Shown: positions 8,832-20,689, counted from the first letter of the stretch. The stretch is DNA of 64,000 nucleotides from Patescibacteria group bacterium (GCA_022709735.1 JAKLIG010000001.1:20135-84134), one strand, 5' to 3'. The notes: generated from the sequence alone by a model not told the origin. Numbers and translations: made by a program.

Positions 8832-9902
8832 ATGGCTCATGCCGAACAAAGAATAAAAAATTTATTGCGTCTTGCGGCGCAACAAGGCGCATCAGATCTT
8901 CATTTGACTGTTGCGAGATATCCAACTTTTCGAATAGACGGGAAATTAATTCCGCTTACAGAGGAGAGTATTTTGACTCCTGGAGACACAAAAGAAATGT
9001 GCGATGTGATTTTGACTGAAGAAAAAAAGAAAATATTCCTAGAAGAAGGACAAGCTGATTTTTCTTATAATTTTGAAGATAAAGTTCGCTTTCGCGTAAA
9101 TGCTTTTTTTCAACAAGGGTATGTGAGTGTAGCTTTCCGTTTGATTGCTCGCGAGATAAAAACCCTTGAAGAATTGAATATGCCAGAGACGCTTTATGAA
9201 TTTATTAATGCTTCGCAAGGACTGGTTCTTTTTGTCGGGCCGACCGGACATGGAAAATCAACTACTCTTGCGGCGCTTATAAATCAAATAAATCGGACGC
9301 AAGAAAAACATATTATTACTGTCGAAGATCCAATTGAATATGTATACGAACAAGATCGATGCATAATTGAACAAAGAGAGGTTTACCAAGATTCAAAATC
9401 TTTCCCTTTGGCGCTTAGGGCGATTTTTCGCGAAGATGCTAATGTGATTCTGCTTGGTGAAATGCGAGATCTGGATACGATTTCAACAGCGCTTACAGCA
9501 GCAGAAACTGGGCATTTGATATTTGCCACACTGCATACCAACGATTGTCCGCAAACTATAGATCGAATCGTCGATGTTTTTCCGGCTCACCAGCAAAATC
9601 AAGTCCGATCGCAATTAGCGAATGTTCTTTTAGCGGTAGTTTCCCAGCGCTTGCTCCCGAGAATTGACGGGGGAAGAATTCCGGCGGTGGAATTGATGAT
9701 AAAAAACCACGCGGTGGAAAATCTTATCCGAGAAAATAAAGCTTATCAAATTGACAATGTGATTGGAACTAGCCTCGAAGAAGGAATGATAACAATGGAT
9801 AAATCCTTGGCAAACTTGGTCAAGCAAGGAATAATTTCAATGGAAACAGCTAAGGAATATGCCAAGGATTCTAAAAATTTTGAAGCGATGCTTAAGTATT
9901 AG
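8832..9902 (+). CDS. pilT: Twitching motility ATPase PilT
   Basis: 356 aa, Walker A GPTGHGKSTT, PilT-type size, ILLGEMRD and ATLHTN motifs. Confidence 0.9.
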   Translation: MAHAEQRIKNLLRLAAQQGASDLHLTVARYPTFRIDGKLIPLTEESILTPGDTKEMCDVILTEEKKKIFLEEGQADFSYNFEDKVRFRVNAFFQQGYVSVAFRLIAREIKTLEELNMPETLYEFINASQGLVLFVGPTGHGKSTTLAALINQINRTQEKHIITVEDPIEYVYEQDRCIIEQREVYQDSKSFPLALRAIFREDANVILLGEMRDLDTISTALTAAETGHLIFATLHTNDCPQTIDRIVDVFPAHQQNQVRSQLANVLLAVVSQRLLPRIDGGRIPAVELMIKNHAVENLIRENKAYQIDNVIGTSLEEGMITMDKSLANLVKQGIISMETAKEYAKDSKNFEAMLKY

Positions 9903-9942
9903 TTAAAATTGATAATTTATGCTAAAATAAAAATACAAAAAT

Positions 9943-11154
9943 ATGAAATTTAATTTTAAAGCCAAAACGCCTTCGGGCGAATATAAAGAGGGAACTATCA
10001 ATGCTTCTACCAAAGAATTAGCAGTGACAATTCTCCAAAAAAATAATTTATTGCCAGTGAGTGTGCAAGTGGAAGAGCAAGAAAACGATTTTTCCAAAAT
10101 ATTTTTCAAATATTATGACCGAGTAACGGAAAAAGAACTGGTAATTTTTTTCCGACAATTAGCTATCCTCATCGAAGCAAGAGTGCCGATTGTGGTTTCT
10201 CTCTCGGCTATTCTTGAGCAGACTGCTAGTAAATATTTTATAAAAATTATCAGAGAAATGGTAAATGATATTGAAGATGGAATGTCATTTTCTGCTTCAA
10301 TGGAAAAACACAAGGATGTTTTTTCCAATCTCTCTATAAATATAGTTCGTGCCGGAGAAGCTTCGGGAAATCTCAAAAAATCAATTGACTATGTAGCAGA
10401 AAACATTGAAAGAAATTATAATTTAACAAAAAGAGTTCAATCGGCTCTCATTTATCCCGGGTTAGTTTTGCTAGTATTTTTTATAATCGGATTTTTAGTG
10501 ATTTCTTTTGTTCTCCCGAATCTAACGGCGATTATAAAAGAATTAAATGCTGATATCCCATGGTATACGAAAAGCGTTATTGTTGTCGGCGATTTTATGA
10601 AAGTTTATTGGTGGGCGGTGGCTACTATCATAATCGCTTTTGTTGGCGCCATTATGTATTATTTGAATACCGAGGATGGCCGAAAAGAATGGGATCAGAT
10701 AAAAATAAAATTGCCCATTGTCGGACCAATTTTCCGCTATGTCTACATCACCCGTTTTGCGGAAAATCTTGGCGTTCTTCTTTCTGGCGGAATCCCGATA
10801 ATTCGAGCGATTACTATTGTGAGCTCGGTGATAAACAATATTGTTTTTGAGAAAATTTTTCTTGAAGCCGCTGAAGAAGTAAAAAGAGGAGGGAATATGA
10901 GCACAGTGCTTGGAAGAAGTTCTGATATTCCGCCAATGGTAACGCATATGGTGAGAATCGGAGAAGAATCCGGGCAGATTGATTCAGTGCTTGGGCACAT
11001 TGCAAAATTTTATGATCAAGAAACAGAGATGATGGCGAAAAATCTTTCCACGCTTCTTGAGCCGGTGCTGATGATTTTCATTGGAATCGCGGTCGGTTTT
11101 ATGGCTTTTGCAATCCTAATGCCGATCTACAATATCGCAGGACAGATAAAATAG
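9943..11154 (+). CDS. pilC: Type IV pilus inner-membrane platform protein PilC (two T2SSF domains)
   Basis: 403 aa, duplicated GspF domains, 3-4 TM, typical position after pilB/pilT. Confidence 0.9.
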   Translation: MKFNFKAKTPSGEYKEGTINASTKELAVTILQKNNLLPVSVQVEEQENDFSKIFFKYYDRVTEKELVIFFRQLAILIEARVPIVVSLSAILEQTASKYFIKIIREMVNDIEDGMSFSASMEKHKDVFSNLSINIVRAGEASGNLKKSIDYVAENIERNYNLTKRVQSALIYPGLVLLVFFIIGFLVISFVLPNLTAIIKELNADIPWYTKSVIVVGDFMKVYWWAVATIIIAFVGAIMYYLNTEDGRKEWDQIKIKLPIVGPIFRYVYITRFAENLGVLLSGGIPIIRAITIVSSVINNIVFEKIFLEAAEEVKRGGNMSTVLGRSSDIPPMVTHMVRIGEESGQIDSVLGHIAKFYDQETEMMAKNLSTLLEPVLMIFIGIAVGFMAFAILMPIYNIAGQIK

Positions 11155-11155
11155 G

Positions 11156-11212
11156 AAATTTTCAATTTTCAATTCTCAATTTACAATAAATTCTCAATGA
11201 TACAATTCTCAA
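11156..11212. repeat. TTCAAT-type heptamer mini-repeat array (left arm flanking the four-helix-bundle gene)
   Basis: aattttcaattttcaattctcaatttacaat...ttctcaat. Same unit family as at 11558-11632 (inverted), 19105-19225, 52341-52456, 38611-38676, 18346-18436 and 50238-50288. Confidence 0.7.
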
Positions 11213-11553
11213 AGCAATACGATTTAGAAAAAAGAACTGGCGATTTTGGGATAGAAATTATAAAATTCTGCAAAACAGCTCAACAAACAGTTATAACAAA
11301 ACCTATCATAAATCAATTAATCAGATCAGGAACTAGTGTTGGAGCTAATTACTGTGAAGCAAATAACGCTAGTTCTAAAAAAGATTTTAAAAATAAAATT
11401 TTTATCTGTAAAAAGGAATGTCAAGAAACTAAACATTGGTTGCAAATGTCATCAGAATGTTTCCCTGAAAGAAAGCAAGACATAAGAATTCTTTGGAAAG
11501 AATGCCAAGAACTTACGATGATTTTTCAAAAGATAATAAATTCAACGAAATAA
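11197..11553 (+). CDS. Four-helix-bundle protein (family typically encoded in 23S rRNA intervening sequences)
   Basis: 118 aa. Motif SGTSVGANYCEA...KKDF..K..ICKKECQET..WLQ is characteristic of the 23S-IVS four-helix-bundle family. Confidence 0.75.
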   Translation: MIQFSKQYDLEKRTGDFGIEIIKFCKTAQQTVITKPIINQLIRSGTSVGANYCEANNASSKKDFKNKIFICKKECQETKHWLQMSSECFPERKQDIRILWKECQELTMIFQKIINSTK

Positions 11554-11557
11554 TCCA

Positions 11558-11632
11558 GAAATTTTTGAAAATTGAAAATTATTTTATTGGAAATTCATTG
11601 AAAATTGTAAATTGGTGATTGGAAATTTGATC
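11558..11632. repeat. ATTGAAA-type mini-repeat array (right arm, inverted relative to 11156-11212)
   Basis: tttttgaaaattgaaaattatttt...cattgaaaattgtaaattggtgattggaaattt. Confidence 0.7.
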
Positions 11633-11744
11633 CGAGTAATTTGTATTAGTGTTTCGTATTTCGTTAATTTCGTAGTTCGTAAATGATAAAAGGCAGATTT
11701 AAATAGTAAATAAAAATAAAAAACTAGAAAGTCGAGGTGAATTT

Positions 11745-12233
11745 ATGACAAAGAAAAAAACAAAAAAAGCAACTAAGAAGAAAAAAGGCTTTACCCTTAT
11801 CGAACTTTTGATCGTTATCGCCATTATTGGAATTTTAGCATCAATCGTGTTGGTGAGTTTGAATGGCGCAAGAAATAAGGCGAATGCAGCTGCATTTAAG
11901 GCAACCATATCTAGTTTGCAACCAGCTGTTACTTTGTGTTGCGATACATCAACAAATACTCTTAATGATGGAGCCGGTGAAGATGTTTGTAGCTCTACTG
12001 TTGGTGCTTATCTCCCAAGCGCATCGGATTTGAAAGCTGCGACTTCAGTTACTTATGCTCAAGAACATAATTGCTCAACATCTTATCCAGCATTAAGTGT
12101 AACCGTCGCAGGCCATCCGCAAACAGCTTGTAATGCAGAAGTTTGGGTGACACAAACCGGAATTTATAGTGGCGCTGATGGTGCAGATGCAGATACAATT
12201 GGAGATACGCTTGGATTTCCTACGGGATGTTAA
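11745..12233 (+). CDS. Type IV (pseudo)pilin with prepilin N-terminal cleavage/methylation domain, Lys-rich leader
   Basis: Leader MTKKKTKKATKKKKG then the class III signal FTLIELLIVIAIIGILASIVL, with Cys pairs in the C-terminal domain. Confidence 0.8.
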   Translation: MTKKKTKKATKKKKGFTLIELLIVIAIIGILASIVLVSLNGARNKANAAAFKATISSLQPAVTLCCDTSTNTLNDGAGEDVCSSTVGAYLPSASDLKAATSVTYAQEHNCSTSYPALSVTVAGHPQTACNAEVWVTQTGIYSGADGADADTIGDTLGFPTGC

Positions 12234-12334
12234 TCTTTTTTAGCTTGCCAATCTGCATATGCGTTGGCAAGCTTCGTGTGAACTTTAAAATTATTTAGAA
12301 TTCACGCGGAGCTAAAATAAAAAATATAAACTTT

Positions 12335-12742
12335 ATGTCAAATAAAAAAGCTTTTACCCTTATTGAACTTTTAATTATGGTTGCCATTATCGGAATTTTA
12401 GCTGGAGCGATTTTAGTTTCTGTGATAACTGCCAGAAATCACGCGAAAGATAATTCATTTAAGACAACAACCAAAAGCATTCAAACTGGACTGGTTTCTT
12501 GTTGTATTAATCAGCCGCTTACGCGTGCACTTCCAAATAACGCAGCAAATAGAAGAATGTGTAATGGAAGTGATCCGAGTTTAATATATCCAGACTTAGA
12601 TTCAGTGGGTTTAAAAACTGGAGGGAATACATGTTCAGATTTTTATAGTAATGGAAAAACTATTGAGCCTGGAACAAAAAATAAAGGAAATTGTACTAAC
12701 GCAATAATTACTCAAGATAGTATTACCTATACGGATTGTTAA
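12335..12742 (+). CDS. Type IV pilin (prepilin N-terminal methylation domain)
   Basis: MSNKKA-FTLIELLIMVAIIGILAGAIL, 135 aa, C-terminal Cys pairs. Confidence 0.8.
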   Translation: MSNKKAFTLIELLIMVAIIGILAGAILVSVITARNHAKDNSFKTTTKSIQTGLVSCCINQPLTRALPNNAANRRMCNGSDPSLIYPDLDSVGLKTGGNTCSDFYSNGKTIEPGTKNKGNCTNAIITQDSITYTDC

Positions 12743-12761
12743 AATTTTTTATAAAAATCTA

Positions 12762-13562
12762 ATGCTCATTATCTTTTTCATCCTTGGCCTTATTATCGGA
12801 AGTTTTTTGAATGTTTTGGCGTATCGGCTTCACACGGCCGAAGAGTTGTTTTTAGATCGCTCGCATTGCCCGCATTGCAAAAAACAAATCCGCTGGTATG
12901 ACAATATTCCGGTCATTAGTTTTATTCTTCTGAAATCCCGCTGTCGAGACTGCAAAGAAAAAATTTCTTGGCAATATCCAATCGTCGAAATTTTTACCGG
13001 CGTGATTTTCGCGCTGATTAGCTGGAAGTTTTTTGTTTTGACTGACAGCGCTTCTTGGATTTCTACCGCCTATTTTCTATTTGCTTCCAGCGCGCTCATC
13101 ACAATTTTAGTCTACGATTTTCTTTATATGGAAATTCCGGGATCAGTTCTTTGGACGGGAATTTTTGTTTCCATCGCGTTTGTATTGTTTTCCCAAGGCT
13201 CAACCTTGGGAAATCCCAAGGTTGAGCCTTGGGCAGGGGATGTTTATTCCAGTGTTCTGGCGGCTTTTTTAGCTTTTGTTTTTTTCTTTCTGCTTTCAGT
13301 TGGTTCAAAAGAAAAATGGATGGGCATGGGGGATGCCTATCTTGTCATTTTCCTCGGGTTAATTTTGGGTTTTCCGGAAATTCTTCTCGCGCTTTTTTTA
13401 GCCTTCTTTTTTGGGGCAGTTTATGGTATAATAATGCTGGCCCTAAAAAAGAAAAAGATGAAAAGTCAAGTGCCTTTTGCGCCGTTTTTAGTGCTTGGAA
13501 CATTCGTGGCTCTGCTTTTTTACACGCCAATAATAGATTGGTATTTCTCTTTATTTTATTAA
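12762..13562 (+). CDS. pilD: Prepilin peptidase PilD (A24 family leader peptidase/N-methyltransferase)
   Basis: CPHCKKQI...CRDCKEKI zinc tetracysteine between TM1 and TM2. 8 TM. Conserved Asp in GMGDAYLV. Confidence 0.85.
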   Translation: MLIIFFILGLIIGSFLNVLAYRLHTAEELFLDRSHCPHCKKQIRWYDNIPVISFILLKSRCRDCKEKISWQYPIVEIFTGVIFALISWKFFVLTDSASWISTAYFLFASSALITILVYDFLYMEIPGSVLWTGIFVSIAFVLFSQGSTLGNPKVEPWAGDVYSSVLAAFLAFVFFFLLSVGSKEKWMGMGDAYLVIFLGLILGFPEILLALFLAFFFGAVYGIIMLALKKKKMKSQVPFAPFLVLGTFVALLFYTPIIDWYFSLFY

Positions 13563-13577
13563 AAATTTTATCTGTTT

Positions 13578-14060
13578 ATGAAAAAAGGTTTCACCCTACT
13601 TGAGCTTATTATAATAATTGCGATTATCGGCATTATGATGGCGGTTTCTTTGGTTTCTATGAGTTCTTCCAAAAAATATTATGCTCTAAAAACCGCTCAA
13701 GAAGAAGTGACATCGGCGATAAAATTGGCGCAAAGCTATGCGCTTCAAGGAAAAACTACTTCTCAGTGTCCTACAACAGTATATGGATATGGGTTTGAAT
13801 TCACGGGTTCTAATCCCACTGCGGATTATCGAATTTTCTGTTGTCCTGCTAATGACAGTTGTCAAACGCAAGCTACAGTCGAATCCAATTCTTTAAAAAA
13901 CGGAGTTAAGATAGATAATGGTGGATTTGCAAAATCTGTGTATTTTGATATTCCAAATGCTAAGACAAGCAGTCAAACATATTTTTTATTTGTATACAAC
14001 AACGCATTGGAAAAAATAATAAGCATTTCTTCTAGTGGATTAGTTACACAGTTAAATTAG
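13578..14060 (+). CDS. Minor pilin/pseudopilin (prepilin N-terminal domain)
   Basis: MKKGFTLLELIIIIAIIGIMMAV. Confidence 0.75.
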   Translation: MKKGFTLLELIIIIAIIGIMMAVSLVSMSSSKKYYALKTAQEEVTSAIKLAQSYALQGKTTSQCPTTVYGYGFEFTGSNPTADYRIFCCPANDSCQTQATVESNSLKNGVKIDNGGFAKSVYFDIPNAKTSSQTYFLFVYNNALEKIISISSSGLVTQLN

Positions 14061-14071
14061 ATGCATAAAAA

Positions 14072-14653
14072 ATGAAATTAAAAAATAAAAAATATTCCGG
14101 ATTTTCTTTTATCGAAGGCATACTCGCGGTTTTTTTGGTGTCTACGGGAATGGTTGTAGTTTTGAGTCTAATATCCTCAAGCCTCAAAGAATCAATGAAT
14201 AGTCGAGATCAAATCATTGCTTCGCTTTTAGCGCAAGAAGGAACAGAGCTGGTTCGAAATCTGCGGGATAATAATTGGGCGCAAGGTTTGCCGGCATTTA
14301 GCGATCTTTGCGATCTTAGTGGCGGTAGCCCTTCATGCAGTCATGGTAATTATATAATTGATAAGGATAGTTCAGTGATAAAATATTCTGCCAATAAAAA
14401 ACTCAATATAGATAGCAACGGTTATTATGTGACGAGTTCAGGAACGGCTACTAAATTTCAAAGAAGAATTGTAGTTTTATATTATTTAGGAGAATCAAAT
14501 ACTGCTGCTATTTCAGCTATAATAAGAAGTGTAGTTGTTTGGGGACCAAATGGTTTCAACCTCATTAATTTGAATACTCTTAGCTCTACCTGCAATTCCA
14601 CAACAAAATGTGCTTTTGCAGAAACAGTTTTAACTCGGTGGGGAGGAAACTAA
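14072..14653 (+). CDS. Minor pilin-like protein (PilV-like N-terminus)
   Basis: SGFSFIEGILAVFLVSTGMVVV prepilin-like hydrophobic N-terminus. 193 aa. Confidence 0.6.
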   Translation: MKLKNKKYSGFSFIEGILAVFLVSTGMVVVLSLISSSLKESMNSRDQIIASLLAQEGTELVRNLRDNNWAQGLPAFSDLCDLSGGSPSCSHGNYIIDKDSSVIKYSANKKLNIDSNGYYVTSSGTATKFQRRIVVLYYLGESNTAAISAIIRSVVVWGPNGFNLINLNTLSSTCNSTTKCAFAETVLTRWGGN

Positions 14654-14697
14654 AATAAGAAGCAGGAATAAAGAAGTAAGAAGAAAGAAAAAAATAA

Positions 14698-15246
14698 ATG
14701 AAAAGGACAAAACTCAAAAAATTAAATAATAAAAAGCATAAAGGATTTTCTTTGCTGGAAATGCTGATTTCTATTTTTATTTTTTCTCTGATAATCATTA
14801 CTTCTGTTTCGATTTTTGCCGCATCAGCTTCGGCGCGCCAAAAAAGTCGGAAAATCCAGAAAAATATGGAAGATGCCCGGACGGCGCTTGATCTTATGGC
14901 AAAAAATATGCGAATGAGCACCGAGCTTAATACTAGCAATGGAACGGATGAGGACACAACAATCTATATGAACAATAGTTCTCAAGGATGCATTAGCTAT
15001 AAATTCGAAAGTAATAAATTACAGATAGGTTATACAGGTGGTTCTTCAGATTGTAGTAATGCATTATTGTATCCCTCCTATAATGACATAATGGAAAGCG
15101 ATGTTTCCGGAAAATTTTATGTAAAAACGACATTAATAACGGAAGGCTCAAAAAGAGTCGGCCGCGCTACTATTTCTTTAACAGTCGATGGGATAAATTT
15201 AGAAACATCAGTTTCGTTCCGAGATTATAATGAAATAATCCAATAG
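14698..15246 (+). CDS. Minor pilin-like protein (PilW/GspJ-like)
   Basis: KHKGFSLLEMLISIFIFSLIIITSVSIF prepilin motif. Confidence 0.7.
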   Translation: MKRTKLKKLNNKKHKGFSLLEMLISIFIFSLIIITSVSIFAASASARQKSRKIQKNMEDARTALDLMAKNMRMSTELNTSNGTDEDTTIYMNNSSQGCISYKFESNKLQIGYTGGSSDCSNALLYPSYNDIMESDVSGKFYVKTTLITEGSKRVGRATISLTVDGINLETSVSFRDYNEIIQ

Positions 15247-15253
15247 AAATTTT

Positions 15254-16507
15254 ATGCAAAAGAAAAATTCACCCTGTAGAATAAATTTTGTTTACAAAAT
15301 TATCCCGACAAGTCGGGATATTCGACAGGGTAAAAACGGTTCCGTTTTGATTGTTGCCCTGCTTATTTTAGCGATGATGTTGATTTCCGCGCTTAGCTTG
15401 GCTTTGGTGGCAGTCAGGGAAAGAAAAGCTTCTATTGGCGATGTTGATTCTAACAAAGCTTTTCAGAATGCCGATACTGGAATTGAAAGGGTGATGCAAC
15501 TTATAACAAGAGGAAATTTTGATTATATAGGTGGTGGTGGAACGAACAGCTTAATAACAAATATACCGACTTTTCCAAATGGTCAACAGCAGTTTAGATG
15601 TTTGCCAAGTGGTTACATAGAAGATAATAGTAGCAGTGAAAATTTTGTAGTAACGCTGGAAAAAACAAATGTCTCTGGAACCGGCTTGGAACAAATTAAT
15701 TGTAATAATTCAGAACTTGTTTCGAATATTGAAAAAATAAAATCAGTCGGTTCGTCTTCCAGCACAAAAAGAGCGGTGGAGGTGCTGGTGTCAAACAAAA
15801 TTACAAAATTATTGATGCATTTCGATAATAATTTTGATGATGTTTCCTATAGCGATCACAACGCGAGTTCTTCTGGGAGTGTAACTTTTAGCGTTGATAC
15901 TCCGACAGGTGATTTCGGCTCTAACAGCGCCTTGTTTAATTCTGCAGCCGGAGGGAGTTATCTAACGGTTGATTCTAGCGATGATTGGGATTTTCAAAAT
16001 CATGATTTTTCAATTGAAACAAGGATAAAATTTATTCCTCCACCAGCTCCAAATAGCAATCCAAATATAATTAATCATTGGAATGAAGATGGAAACAAAA
16101 GAGGGTTTAAATTATATTATGAACAAAGTTCTGGGAGAATAATTTTTAATTATTCAACTGATGGAAACGGTGGCTCTTCATCTCGTAATCTCTCTAGTGA
16201 TGATGCAAGGATTATTGAAAATGGCAATTGGCACCATGTACTTATTAATAGAAAAGGAGGGAAATTGTATTTCTTTATCGACGGAGAATTAAGAGGGAAT
16301 CCAAATTTTTCAACTAGCAGTGATTTAATCTATTATGATTCTGCCACTTCTCTTAAAATAGGAGCTGTTTTAAACGGCGGAACGCTAGAGGCTAATTCAC
16401 AATTTTTTGGTAACATGGACGAACTGCGCATTACTAAAGGTGTGGCCAGATATACTGAAAATTTTAATACTAAATTATGGACCATTCCGTACGAGTGGAA
16501 TAACTAA
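15254..16507 (+). CDS. PilX-like minor pilin N-terminus fused to a concanavalin A/LamG-like lectin domain (candidate pilus-tip adhesin). True start uncertain.
   Basis: GSVLIVALLILAMMLISALSLALVAV resembles the PilX N-terminal domain. The C-terminus (NGNWHHVLINRKGGKLYFFIDGELRG...DELRITKGVARYT) is LamG-like. A perfect hairpin TATCCCGACAAGTCGGGATA lies inside the annotated 5' end, so translation may begin later. Confidence 0.6.
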   Translation: MQKKNSPCRINFVYKIIPTSRDIRQGKNGSVLIVALLILAMMLISALSLALVAVRERKASIGDVDSNKAFQNADTGIERVMQLITRGNFDYIGGGGTNSLITNIPTFPNGQQQFRCLPSGYIEDNSSSENFVVTLEKTNVSGTGLEQINCNNSELVSNIEKIKSVGSSSSTKRAVEVLVSNKITKLLMHFDNNFDDVSYSDHNASSSGSVTFSVDTPTGDFGSNSALFNSAAGGSYLTVDSSDDWDFQNHDFSIETRIKFIPPPAPNSNPNIINHWNEDGNKRGFKLYYEQSSGRIIFNYSTDGNGGSSSRNLSSDDARIIENGNWHHVLINRKGGKLYFFIDGELRGNPNFSTSSDLIYYDSATSLKIGAVLNGGTLEANSQFFGNMDELRITKGVARYTENFNTKLWTIPYEWNN

Positions 16508-16539
16508 TTTTTTAGAAAAATAATTTTTGAAAAAAGGCG

Positions 16540-16568
16540 CTTTCAAGCGCCTTTTATACTATGGAAAT
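16540..16568 (+). terminator. Rho-independent terminator after the pilX-like gene
   Basis: AAGGCGCTTTCAAGCGCCTT hairpin followed by TTTAT. Confidence 0.55.
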
Positions 16569-16693
16569 CGGGCGGTTTTTGAGGTATAATAGAATTAACG
16601 GCATAATTTAAATATGTCATGCTGAATTTATTTCAGCATCTCTAAAATTTTGGCGAGATCCCGAAACAAGTTTGGGATGACAAACGGCAATAA

Positions 16694-19104
<2,411 letters not shown>

Positions 19105-19107
<3 letters not shown>

Positions 19108-19225
19108 TTTTCAATTTTCAATTTACAATTTTCAATCAATTTTCAATGTTTCAATGAAATAATTTTCAATTGAAAATTGACAATTGGGTATTCATTGTAA
19201 ATCGATTATTGATAATTGAAAAATT
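19105..19225. repeat. Inverted TTCAAT / ATTGAAA mini-repeat hairpin element in the gatC-gatA intergenic region
   Basis: (aattttcaatt)n...ttcaatgaaataattttcaattgaaaattgacaattg: both orientations, forming a long AT-rich hairpin. Confidence 0.7.
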
Positions 19226-20689
19226 TTGATTAGAGAATTACACAATAAATTAATTAATAAAGAAATTACTTCTGTTGAATTAACACAACAGTATTTTGAC
19301 GCAATTTCTAAAAAAGACGGAGACGTCCATGCTTATTTGACCCTAACTAAAGAAGAAGCGCTTGAGCAGGCAAAAAAAGTGGATGAAAAAATTTCGCGTG
19401 GCGAAGAAATCGGAATTATTGAAGGAATTCCTTGCGCGATAAAAGATAATATCTGCATAAAAAATATCAGAACAACGGCGTCTTCAAAAATTTTGGATAA
19501 TTATATTGCGCCGTATGATGCAACGGTAGTTGAAAAAATAAGAGAAGCCGGCGCGGTTATTTTAGGAAAAACTAATCTGGACGAATTTGCGATGGGATCG
19601 TCTACGGAAACTAGCGCTTACGGAGCGACAAAAAATCCATATGACAACGAAAGAGTTCCGGGCGGAACTTCTGGCGGTAGCGCAGCGGCCGTGTCAGCTG
19701 ATATGGCGGTTTGGTCTCTTGGTTCAGATACGGGCGGTTCAATTCGCCAGCCAGCTTCCTTTTGCGGAGTAGTTGGACTAAAACCAACTTATGGCCGAGT
19801 GTCCCGTTATGGTCTTATGGCGATGGCATCAAGTTTTGATCAAATTGGTCCTATGACAAAAACAGTGGAAGATACAGCGATAATTCTGTCCATTATTTCC
19901 GGGAAAGATAATATGGACGCAACTTCTGCGCCGGATTTTGGCAAAAAATACGAAGATTATCTGACGGGTGAAATAAAAGGAATGAAAATTGGAATAGTCA
20001 AAGAATATTTGGAAAGTTTAAATAAGGAAATGAAAACAGAGATGGAAAAAGTAATTGAGCGATATAAAAAACTTGGAGCGGAAATTTGTGAAATTGAATT
20101 GCCCAATGCAAAGTATGCTTTGCCGACATATTATATAATTCAGCCAAGCGAGGTGAGTTCAAATCTTGCCAGGTTTGATGGAATAAAATATGGGATGCGG
20201 GCGGATGATAAAGAAAAAACAAATACGGCGGATTTAGGCGGATTGCCGCGGACGCTTCTGGAAACTTATTTGGATACCAGAAAATATAATTTAGGGGCGG
20301 AAGTGAAAAGAAGAATAATGCTGGGAACTTATGCGCTTTCTTCCGGATATTATGACGCCTATTATCTTCGGGCGCAAAAAGTTCGGACGCTAATTCGGAA
20401 AGATTTTGAAAAAGCATTTCAAAAAGTTGATGTGATTTTGACTCCAACTACGCCAACTCCAGCTTTCAAAATTGGAGAAAAAACCCAAGATCCATTGCAA
20501 ATGTATTTGGAAGATATTTTCACAATCACGGCCAACATCGCTGGCATTCCGGCTGTTTCTGTTCCGTGCGGTATGATAGAATGGGAAGGGAAGCAATTGC
20601 CAGCCGGATTCCAGCTGATGGGCAAATGGTTTGATGAAGAAAATTTGCTTTGCGTGGCACACGCGTTTGAAGTTAATTGTACGGAGTAA
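19226..20689 (+). CDS. gatA: Glutamyl-tRNA(Gln)/Asp-tRNA(Asn) amidotransferase subunit A (amidase signature)
   Basis: GGSSGGSAAAV amidase signature with Ser-cisSer-Lys triad context. 487 aa. Confidence 0.95.
   Translation: MIRELHNKLINKEITSVELTQQYFDAISKKDGDVHAYLTLTKEEALEQAKKVDEKISRGEEIGIIEGIPCAIKDNICIKNIRTTASSKILDNYIAPYDATVVEKIREAGAVILGKTNLDEFAMGSSTETSAYGATKNPYDNERVPGGTSGGSAAAVSADMAVWSLGSDTGGSIRQPASFCGVVGLKPTYGRVSRYGLMAMASSFDQIGPMTKTVEDTAIILSIISGKDNMDATSAPDFGKKYEDYLTGEIKGMKIGIVKEYLESLNKEMKTEMEKVIERYKKLGAEICEIELPNAKYALPTYYIIQPSEVSSNLARFDGIKYGMRADDKEKTNTADLGGLPRTLLETYLDTRKYNLGAEVKRRIMLGTYALSSGYYDAYYLRAQKVRTLIRKDFEKAFQKVDVILTPTTPTPAFKIGEKTQDPLQMYLEDIFTITANIAGIPAVSVPCGMIEWEGKQLPAGFQLMGKWFDEENLLCVAHAFEVNCTE

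Noticed and set aside
9903-10947. Minus-strand ORFs 9903-10109, 10113-10376, 10543-10947 and others inside pilC
   Set aside because: Antisense to the strongly supported pilC gene. Spurious.
12242-12275. Hairpin AGCTTGCCAA-(13 nt)-TTGGCAAGCT after the first pilin gene, considered as a terminator
   Set aside because: No T-run follows the stem and the loop is 13 nt, so intrinsic-terminator function is doubtful. Might instead be an attenuator or processing site between the tandem pilin genes.
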